IMG/VR virus record: IMGVR_UViG_3300048670_000852
Coordinates: 1 to 25,710 of that record
Source: a virus
Lineage: Duplodnaviria > Caudoviricetes
DNA length: 25,710 bases
Strand: one strand, 5' to 3'
In this document: positions 1-7,600 of the stretch, piece by piece
Layout of the letters: every line of letters starts with the position of its first letter
Position numbering within the stretch: position 1 is the first letter of the stretch
The notes under the pieces: model-generated
What the model was told of the DNA's origin: nothing
The model's input: only the letters and a program-made list of their open reading frames with translations
The model's database searches: none
Made by a program: the position numbers and the translations under genes

Positions 1-416
1 TTATTATTTAGAAAACCTTGTTTGAGTATTTTTGAAAGTTCTGATGTTGAACCAACAAACAGGGCATTATTGGTTACACTACTTGGTGATTTTACAGTAT
101 CTTCTTCAACATCCTTTAGTTTCTTCTGCAAATCAATTAATTTATCAGTTGTATCTGCAACACTCTTAATTAATTGTCCGGCAACTTCATATGCTCTAGG
201 ACTTCCACCTTCACCGGCAAGTTCCATAATTCCATTAATTGCCTCCTGCCCCTTCTCAATCAATGAATAAAGATTGGCACGAGTATATTCATAATCTTTC
301 CTAATATCATCAGGTTTTGATGGTACAGCATCAATTTTTTCTATAGGTCTTTCTACCTCAACTATACTGCTCTCGATATTGAGTGCCTTATCAATATCCC
401 CATAATTATTTGCCAT
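1..416 (-). CDS. gp16: Terminase small subunit (T4 gp16-like), partial; 3' end runs off the window
   Basis: Not in the ORF track; translated by hand from ATG at 416: MANNYGDIDKALNIESSIVEVERPIEKIDAVPSKPDDIRKDYEYTRANLYSLIEKGQEAINGIMELAGEGGSPRAYEVAGQLIKSVADTTDKLIDLQKKLKDVEEDTVKSPSSVTNNALFVGSTSELSKILKQGFLNN..., with no stop in the window. DYEYTR, SPRAYEV and NNALFVGST are gp16 hallmarks, and it follows gp15 as in T4. Confidence 0.93.
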   Translation of the reverse strand, partial: MANNYGDIDKALNIESSIVEVERPIEKIDAVPSKPDDIRKDYEYTRANLYSLIEKGQEAINGIMELAGEGGSPRAYEVAGQLIKSVADTTDKLIDLQKKLKDVEEDTVKSPSSVTNNALFVGSTSELSKILKQGFLNN

Positions 417-422
417 AAGTTA

Positions 423-1220
423 TCAAATATCAGTCTGTTGTGTTGGACTATAAGTCTTGGAGTCATTGAAGAACTCCCAATTCTCATTGAATCCAAAGTC
501 ATCGTCTGGTGCGGCATCAATAGGGTCTGGAGTTACTGTATATCTCATTTCACGTTTGGCAGTTGTTGTATCTGTACTTGTATACATATCAACTTGAACC
601 TTACGGATGAGACCATCTGTACTATTAGCAATGGGGCCAAACAGATATGTCTTTGCCGTAAATTGTAAAGTATATATTAAGGATCTTCTTGTGGAAAAAT
701 CCCCCTCATAATCATCTTGAAACGATACTGAGTCTAAAACAATTGGAATATCTCTTTTTTCTCCAATAGAATCAATCAAATCTACCGTTAGATTAAATGA
801 TGGTTGAAAGTATGGAAGAATTTGCTCAACAATCTGTAAGGCATCATCATTCAATTTTGTTAGAATATTAAGTTCAAATCCGATATTATATGGAACAGGC
901 ATAAAAACCTTCTTTAGATTTGTGCCGTCTGATGCCTTAAAACTTTGAGTAACTCCTGCCTTTCTTGTTGCATCATACTGAATCGAGTTCATTTCAAATG
1001 ACATTCTAGGTAATGTCATTGCAATTGGTTTATTTAATTCTGGTTGCTGTTCAATTCTTGCCAAAAACTTTTGCATTGGTCCATATGCCAATGGAACTCT
1101 CATATCACTAATTACACTATCATTGGTATCTTGATGCTGAATGTGGATTTGATTAAAAACTGTTCCGAAAGCAATAATTGTCTTTCTTATAATTTGATGA
1201 TAATAGTAAGTTCCTAGCAT
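423..1220 (-). CDS. gp15: Tail sheath stabilizer / tail completion (terminator) protein (T4 gp15-like)
   Basis: 265 aa with YYYHQIIRKTIIAFGTVFN, VPLAYGP, LPRMSFE, PVPYNIGFEL and QIVEQILPYFQP motifs typical of gp15; lies between gp14 and gp16. Confidence 0.95.
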   Translation of the reverse strand: MLGTYYYHQIIRKTIIAFGTVFNQIHIQHQDTNDSVISDMRVPLAYGPMQKFLARIEQQPELNKPIAMTLPRMSFEMNSIQYDATRKAGVTQSFKASDGTNLKKVFMPVPYNIGFELNILTKLNDDALQIVEQILPYFQPSFNLTVDLIDSIGEKRDIPIVLDSVSFQDDYEGDFSTRRSLIYTLQFTAKTYLFGPIANSTDGLIRKVQVDMYTSTDTTTAKREMRYTVTPDPIDAAPDDDFGFNENWEFFNDSKTYSPTQQTDI

Positions 1221-2599
1221 TAATAGTTACCAAATGGATTTGATTCTGAGAAATCTATGATAAGATCCGCTTCTGTTTCGATTTCATCATTTTCTTGGTA
1301 TTTATCATGCAATGTTGTCATATCATGTTGTTTAATTGAATATCTTGCAGAAGATGCGGAACCGACAATGAGTTCTCCTGGATAAAATTGTCCGTTATTA
1401 ATCGATATATTTAAAATATTAGTATCTTTATCCCAAGATTTAACTCTTGCAATAGTTCCTGAGATAGATCCGACTACTTCCTCATTGAAAATAAAATTAC
1501 CAGTTCCTGAAATAATTGAAGGGGAACCTATTGTAATTGTTGGTGCAATCGTAAATCCTGCTCCAGCATTTGAGACATATATTTGAGAAATATTTGCACC
1601 TTGAAGAGTTGCAAATGCAGAAGCTGCGATTCCTGGCCCAGTTGTTGGAGTACTGATTGAAATGACGGGAGGAGTCGTATATCCAGTTCCACTATTCCCA
1701 ATACTAATAATTCTTATACCATTATATGCAGTTTGTATTCCACAGGTTGCAGCTGCTCCAGATCCACCTCCACCACTGATCACAATTGATGGAGCAACAG
1801 AATATCCAGCACCGGCATTTGTCAGAACAATGTCTCTAATAGAGTAAACTCCACCAACACTCGTTGTAATAGCAACAGCACTTGCGTTGATTCCACCAAC
1901 CGGTGCAGAAGATATTGCAACAACTGGAGATGATGTATACCCATAACCATCATTTGTTAAATAAACCTTTTGAACATATCCAGTGGATAATGTAGATGAT
2001 GCAGTTGCAGTGGAACCTATTGATATCAATTCTAAAGATGTAATATATCCCTGATCCTGCAATCTTTGATCAATTTCATCAATAGACGTATCGAGAACTT
2101 CATCTTCGTATTCAAATAGTTCGCATTTCAATTCATAAACATAAGTTTTACCTAACTGATAAAATGGTTGCTCATGTTCAACAAATTTAATTTCAAATAA
2201 TCTTCCACCTAAAGGAAAATATACAATATCACCCTCTCTTGGTCGAGATGCAAGTACAATTTCATCATCATCCATTGCTACTAAGAATGGTGATATAAAA
2301 TCTTCAAATCTTTCTTTTGAAATAATTAGAGTGAGTTCGTCTTTTAAACTCATTCCAAACTTTGTTAAAATATCTCCAGATCCACTGTATCCCTCATAAT
2401 TTGCAATATATGCCTCAAGGGCAAAATTGTCATCAAATTTTGACGAAGTTACTTCTTTTAATATAGTCTCCTTTCTTACAAATTTTCTTGGAATATATGT
2501 GACTTCAACTCCATATATTTTTAATTGTTCATTTATAAGTTCTTGGATTAATCTTTGTTCATTTGCCGAACCTTGTAGAAAAAATGGATTAAGTGCCAT
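1220..2599 (-). CDS. gp14: Neck / head completion protein (T4 gp14-like) with an internal repeat insertion
   Basis: 459 aa with EQRLIQELINEQLKIYGVEVTYIPR, RPREGDIVYFP, FEIKFVEHEQPFYQLGK, YELKCELFEY and C-terminal DFSESNPFG; lies between gp13 and gp15. Confidence 0.93.
   Translation of the reverse strand: MALNPFFLQGSANEQRLIQELINEQLKIYGVEVTYIPRKFVRKETILKEVTSSKFDDNFALEAYIANYEGYSGSGDILTKFGMSLKDELTLIISKERFEDFISPFLVAMDDDEIVLASRPREGDIVYFPLGGRLFEIKFVEHEQPFYQLGKTYVYELKCELFEYEDEVLDTSIDEIDQRLQDQGYITSLELISIGSTATASSTLSTGYVQKVYLTNDGYGYTSSPVVAISSAPVGGINASAVAITTSVGGVYSIRDIVLTNAGAGYSVAPSIVISGGGGSGAAATCGIQTAYNGIRIISIGNSGTGYTTPPVISISTPTTGPGIAASAFATLQGANISQIYVSNAGAGFTIAPTITIGSPSIISGTGNFIFNEEVVGSISGTIARVKSWDKDTNILNISINNGQFYPGELIVGSASSARYSIKQHDMTTLHDKYQENDEIETEADLIIDFSESNPFGNY
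1299..1306 (-). promoter_or_regulatory. Putative late promoter GATAAATA inside the 3' end of gp14, upstream of gp15
   Basis: Minus strand reads GATAAATA (codons D-K-Y), about 80 nt before the gp15 ATG; matches the NATAAATA late consensus. Confidence 0.55.
1525..2010 (-). repeat. Four degenerate ~40-46 aa GxG[YF]xxxP repeats within gp14 (protein level)
   Basis: VYLTNDGYGYTSSPVVAIS; IVLTNAGAGYSVAPSIVIS; ISIGNSGTGYTTPPVISIS; IYVSNAGAGFTIAPTITIG. Boundaries approximate. Confidence 0.8.
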
Positions 2600-2601
2600 G
2601 A

Positions 2602-3444
2602 TTAACCAATAAAATCATAGGGTGGAAGTTCATATTCAAGTACCATTCTTTGCTTAATATCTTCTAATTCTCTTTCAGCATCTTCATATATTTCCCTACC
2701 ATTTAATTCGACCCCACCAGGCAGTTTAACTCCTTTAAATTTAATTAAATTTTGTCCCCATTGCTTCTTAATTAATGCAGTAAGATATTTTTTAATAAAA
2801 CTATCATTATAAACATTAGTAAATGTATTTGGGTCAAGGATTCTATAGCAATCGATAACAATAAATTGATCTTTGGATTGTGATGCCCAATCAAGATCCA
2901 AATATAACCTATTCTGTCTTTTATTAAATCTAAGTTGTTTATCTGTGGTTAATAGGAAATCAATATCCTCAAGATATGATTTAACCATTGCATATTGCAA
3001 GAGTTCAACTGAGTTAAAATAATACAAATCATTTAAGAATAATTGATATTTGATACTAAACATTCCACCAGAAATTGAACTAGTATCAAATTTAAAAATC
3101 TTTTCAATACCTATAACTGAATCTGGTATTTGGATATAATTTGAAGTTTCATAAAAATCATATGTTACCGACCCAATACCAGTAACATTTGATGTTGCTG
3201 TAGTTGTAGTTACACCAACCCCGTTAGCATTTCTACCTCTACCTCTGTCAAGATCTGCTTGTGTAATTTTATACTTCAGGTACATTCTTTCGACACCATC
3301 AAAATGCCTTTCCTGGAAGTACTGAAGGGCATCGTCTACCAAATCATCTATCTGGTCATCATCAACGTTAATCTCTAATACAGGAGCACCTAGACGCCTT
3401 AAACAATAGTTTATAAGTTGTTGCCTACTTGCTGGTTTTGCCAT
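2602..3444 (-). CDS. gp13: Neck protein (T4 gp13-like)
   Basis: 280 aa with YCLRRLGAPVLEINV, QIDDLVDDALQYFQERHFDG and KKQWGQNLIKFKGVKLPGGVELNG, which are gp13 signatures; GGAGGA RBS at 3453..3458. Confidence 0.95.
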   Translation of the reverse strand: MAKPASRQQLINYCLRRLGAPVLEINVDDDQIDDLVDDALQYFQERHFDGVERMYLKYKITQADLDRGRGRNANGVGVTTTTATSNVTGIGSVTYDFYETSNYIQIPDSVIGIEKIFKFDTSSISGGMFSIKYQLFLNDLYYFNSVELLQYAMVKSYLEDIDFLLTTDKQLRFNKRQNRLYLDLDWASQSKDQFIVIDCYRILDPNTFTNVYNDSFIKKYLTALIKKQWGQNLIKFKGVKLPGGVELNGREIYEDAERELEDIKQRMVLEYELPPYDFIG

Positions 3445-3905
3445 TAGTATGTTCCTCCATCTATTGTACTAGACCAGGTAGTAATCCCAACATTATCTGT
3501 TGTAAGTATATAGTTAGTATAATTAATTGCACTACTGGTAGAACCAGTAGAGACCATACGACCAGTAGAGTCGAAATATGCAACTCCTCCAGTATTATAT
3601 TGTCCATAATAAAAAGCACCTGAAACAGTTGCAATTCCAGTTATATTTGCATTTCTAGCAGTAAATTCATCGAATCTTAAATCATCACGGATGTAAAGAT
3701 CACCACCAATATATACATCATTACTAAAAGTTGCTATTCCAACAAATGTTGATATTCCACTGACATGTAATTGTCTAACTGATGCAATTCCACCAATTAC
3801 ATTTATTGCATTTGTCGCATTTTCCGAAAATGCACTTCCACCAGAAACACTAGCAAGTATCTTTACTGTATTTTGTTGCCCAACTCTTACTTTTATATTG
3901 GACAT
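3444..3905 (-). CDS. Short fibre-like virion protein (153 aa)
   Basis: TAATG-coupled to both neighbours; AAGGAG at 3916..3921; beta-rich SGISTFVGIATF and ITGIATV units and a C-terminal IDGGTY of the kind seen on cyanophage fibre proteins. Function is inferred. Confidence 0.65.
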   Translation of the reverse strand: MSNIKVRVGQQNTVKILASVSGGSAFSENATNAINVIGGIASVRQLHVSGISTFVGIATFSNDVYIGGDLYIRDDLRFDEFTARNANITGIATVSGAFYYGQYNTGGVAYFDSTGRMVSTGSTSSAINYTNYILTTDNVGITTWSSTIDGGTY

Positions 3906-4249
3906 TATCGAGTAACTCCTTCCCTTACAAGAACCATACCTTCAACTACTCTAGTTTTAACACCATAAACATCAGTAATTACTATATCATATACATATCT
4001 TCCTGATTTCATAAATGATGTAGTTTGTGCTGACAGGTATAGATATATTTGACCCAAAGTTGATGGATTGGATATCGTAGAGACAAAATCTATAGAGTTT
4101 GAACTGCCAGACCATTTTCTAAGTTGAGCATAAACAGCATATCCGGTTAAATTCAATGGAGAATTACTTTCACTACCTTCCAAGGTAAAGGATTGTGAAA
4201 AATCTGCACCAGAATTTATTACTAGATTAGTGACATATACTGCTGCCAT
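3905..4249 (-). CDS. Small virion structural protein, BppU N-terminal-like beta-sandwich (114 aa)
   Basis: GADFSQSFTL...LNLTGY...AQLRK...GQIYLYLSAQTT...GRYVYDIVIT...TRVVEG pattern, typical of the small conserved structural protein upstream of gp13 in cyanomyoviruses; preceded by a perfect TATAAATA. Confidence 0.7.
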   Translation of the reverse strand: MAAVYVTNLVINSGADFSQSFTLEGSESNSPLNLTGYAVYAQLRKWSGSSNSIDFVSTISNPSTLGQIYLYLSAQTTSFMKSGRYVYDIVITDVYGVKTRVVEGMVLVREGVTR

Positions 4250-4274
4250 TTAACAATCTTTAATATCTACTTTC

Positions 4275-4282
4275 TATTTATA
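4275..4282 (-). promoter_or_regulatory. T4-type late promoter TATAAATA
   Basis: Exact gp55-dependent consensus in the short intergenic gap 4250..4283, about 25 nt before the ATG at 4249. Confidence 0.85.
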
Positions 4283-4283
4283 T

Positions 4284-4454
4284 CTACAGAGAAGCAAGAG
4301 TGGACACTACTTCTTGTTGTTTTAGATATAATTTACAATATGATTTTGCAAATATCCTTAATTCATCTTCATTTAATTTATCTATAATTCTAGCCTGTTG
4401 CTCATATTCAAATAATTTATGAATACTTTCCAATTCGATATTATTTGGATCCAT
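4284..4454 (-). CDS. 56-aa helical protein, NblA-like (putative phycobilisome degradation adaptor); absent from the supplied ORF track
   Basis: Hand translation: MDPNNIELESIHKLFEYEQQARIIDKLNEDELRIFAKSYCKLYLKQQEVVSTLASL*. AAGGAG RBS 7 nt before the ATG, 14-nt overlap with the upstream ORF, fills an otherwise empty gap. Size and the IEL...FE-E...R-ID...LR..AK...Y..Q pattern resemble NblA. I am confident it is a gene; the NblA function is less certain. Confidence 0.6.
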   Translation of the reverse strand: MDPNNIELESIHKLFEYEQQARIIDKLNEDELRIFAKSYCKLYLKQQEVVSTLASL

Positions 4455-4641
4455 TTAATAACTCCTTAAGAAGGTTCTTAATTTCGTCAATATCTTTTCT
4501 CATTTCATTCAATTCTCTTTTTTGAGAATCTCTGATGGATAATGAGTTTAAGTACTGATTATAAGATGCAGAGTCGCAATTTACAATTGCTCCAGACCGT
4601 TCGTCCCTATAAAGATTCTGATGTCCCTCTACTCTTATCAT
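4441..4641 (-). CDS. Small hypothetical protein with a C-terminal coiled coil (66 aa)
   Basis: ATGA overlap with the stop of the 2458-aa gene; N-terminal VEGHQNLYRD..SGAIVN and heptad-like ELNEMRKDIDEIKNLLKELL. Similar ORFs follow VrlC-like genes in cyanomyoviruses (recollection, not searched). Confidence 0.8.
   Translation of the reverse strand: MIRVEGHQNLYRDERSGAIVNCDSASYNQYLNSLSIRDSQKRELNEMRKDIDEIKNLLKELLNGSK
4462..4467 (-). promoter_or_regulatory. Shine-Dalgarno site AAGGAG for the 56-aa ORF
   Basis: Minus strand reads AAGGAG-TTATTAA-ATG (ATG at 4454). Confidence 0.8.
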
Positions 4642-7600
4642 CTTACTGCAAGTGTCCTGAGTTCTTTTATTCTTGGTGGGTATGCCTGATTAGTTCCGGA
4701 CATTACAATCTTAATAGTATATCCACTGAACAATCCTAAATTATCAGCAGTAAATTGATACTCTAGGAATTGGTTATCGAGACTTGGTGACACAAAAGTA
4801 TCTGGCAATCCACTATTTTTTGAGTTATCTACAACTTTATAACCATCCTCAGTTGTATATTTTAAATTATCATATCCTGGGAATAACTCAAACGATTGAT
4901 CAACTTCACTAGAATCTGGTCTAATTAAACTATATAGAACTCTAAAATCAGCAGAGGAATGACGATATGCTGATAAAATAACCTTTAGTGTAGTAGATGG
5001 TTGAGTAAGGTTAACTGTATTTGAAACATATACTGCAGCATGTGGATCGTTTAATACCGAATTAACTCTTCCATCTGACGCATAATCTGAAATTGGATTA
5101 TTTAAACGACTAGAAATAAATTCAGTAAAAGCAGTATTTAAGTAAATAATCGGGGATAAGTTATTATCTGAAGTGTTGAGCGTTATTCCAGTAGTAAATG
5201 ATTTATTTCTTGGCAAATTGCCAAGATACGCAGTTTCATTTTCTTTAGAACATACTAGTCTTATTGATTTTAAAGGATTCAGTGCATTTAGTTGAATTGG
5301 TTCAATTCCATTATCGAGGAATGATGTTTCATTTCCACCAACACTAGTTCCAGAAGTAGTTCTAACTATAGCAGTAGCAGAAGTGGAAGAACCTGGAGTA
5401 ACAATATCATAATGAGGCACTATTGAACTATATTGAATATTTTCAGTTGCAAGTACTTTGGAACCTCCTAGATTTGTCTCCGAAGTAAATGATAATTGTG
5501 GCATACTTGATGGGGTTCCATCAGAACTTCTATTAGTTCCATTGGCAGTTCTATCAATTTCAATATAATATCTATCCATCCCAATATCCAAATCACTAAT
5601 ATCATGAGTAGTATTGATTCTTCTCAAAGAAACCCCATTTAATTCATACTTATATACTGCACTATTGATATCGTGCGGAACTACAATTGTTGAATCAATT
5701 CCTCTTCCACTGGCAGAAATTGTTAAAGTTCCACTTCCAACACTAGTATATGCAATAATTTCATTCTCAATTTTTATATATCCGGGATTATTGGCACCTA
5801 CTGCAATTCCCTCAAAGGTTGCAAAGTTTGAAGTATCAGCAATACTAACAGTTGATACTTCTTGTGAAGTTAAAGTTACTGTAAGAATAGTTGGTGCTGT
5901 GCTAGATTGAGCATCCCTAATAGAAAGTTTATTGGTATTTCCATACATTCCATGATCAAAATGATCAACTCTCATAAAGTTTCCAGAATATTGATTTCCA
6001 GAATTTGAAGAACTTCTAATAAAAGTACTTGCAAGAGATACTAATGCATTATTATTATCGTAATAACTTACTCCGGCACCGACAGTAAATGATTGTCCCT
6101 GAACATTTGATAAGTACAAAGTATCAAGACTATTGCCAATTGCATTAATAGTAATTCTAGCATCTTTTCCAGTATTACTTGAGACTGAAGAGGTTACTAT
6201 TCCAACCACATCCCCAATAGCATATCCATTTCCTGGAGTTACAGTTGATATTCCTGTAATTACACCATCGGTTGATGTGATACTCAATACAAGACCAGAA
6301 CCACTTCCAGTAATATTATAAGTTAATACATTTGTATCAATATTTGGATAATTACTTCCACCAGTAGTAAGTCCTGCCAATGAGACAGAACTTCCTGTTC
6401 CGACAACATATCCATAAACATACGATTTTGATCCGTCAACAACTTTTCTACCTTTAGATAAATTACTAATTAATGATGCACTTGTTGTTGTTGTAATTCC
6501 AACCGCAAGTGTTTTTGGTAAAGTTGTTAATGGATTATTACCCAATCTTTGGACATATCCATTACTTTCATCCAATGTTGGATTGTAGAAGAATGCAGTT
6601 CCTGTAGATGATGTAAACTGTGCTTTATATAGTTTAAACTTGAGATCTTGATACTGATTTGCAGTCCATATAGATCCATTTTGAGATTTAAACAGACTTC
6701 CCATAGAGAACTGTTTAGAATAAGTGACACTATCAGCATCTGGAAGTGATTGCGTATTTACTGTCTTTTCATTCATAACCGCAGTCCATAGTTCATATTG
6801 ATCACTATTTTCCGAAATAATTACAACAGCATACTCTCTTCCTGGTGGCAAATAAATTGGTTCATCAAAAGTAACTTTAGTTGCAGTTTCTCCATTACTA
6901 GAGACATTAACTTGATCTGGTCTTAATGTGACTGGATTTCCAATAACAACTCTTGTTGGTGTTCCCAATTCAACAGTTCTTATCTCAACTTTTACCGTAG
7001 CATTTCCACTATCCTTACTTGCAAAGAATAAATCAACAGCAGTTAAAAACGCTCCGTTAACATCATCATTTGTAGAATTTGGTGAAGGTGCCTCCACATT
7101 GCCACCAACAACAAATGACTGTGCAAGCGGATCAACAAATCTTTGAACTGTTGTTGTTGTGTGGGTGTTTATTGTTGTGACTGATTGTGTTGTATTTGTT
7201 GTTAGGTTAGTTGTGGTTTTTGTTGTTAAATTATTTGTAGTCGCAGTGACAGTATTCTCCCACTGCTCAAGAGTTCCATCTGAATTATAATTTGTCTCTG
7301 CAGATGAAATTGAATTGCTGCCAGGAAGACCTAGATCATTCGTTGAACTTGATGTCAATTTAAATGTCTTAGTTCCCGTATTAATTCTAACTGTTGGAGT
7401 TGGATTTGCATTTGGATCTTTTAAGTAGAATGCTCCAATCAAATCTCCATAATTATCGGAGATTAGTCTTAAATCTTTTACATATGCAACTGCACCACTG
7501 GTCTGTCCAACCAGTCTCATACCCTTAACTAAATATCCAAAGTATTTTCCTTGAGCTTCTTGTGATAACGAAGATGTATCAATATTCAGAATTTTTGATG

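Noticed and set aside
414-425. gp15 and gp16 are in the same frame (TGA TAA CTT ATG), suggesting a readthrough fusion
   Set aside because: Two consecutive stops make readthrough unlikely, and I see no sign of stop-codon recoding; TAA, TGA and TAG all end genes here.
4690-4760. Possible sigma70-type early promoter (TATACT) upstream of the 66-aa and NblA-like genes
   Set aside because: No -35 or extended -10 element at proper spacing, so separate early expression is unsupported.
6527-6739. 70-aa alternative-frame minus-strand ORF inside the VrlC-like gene
   Set aside because: It overlaps a conserved part of the main frame (SLFKSQNGSIWTANQYQDLKF), with no clear RBS or recognisable features; probably chance.
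7140-7260. ACA/AAC-rich tract as a diversity-generating retroelement variable region or microsatellite
   Set aside because: No template repeat or reverse transcriptase in the window, the tract is mid-gene, and it is explained by Thr codons.
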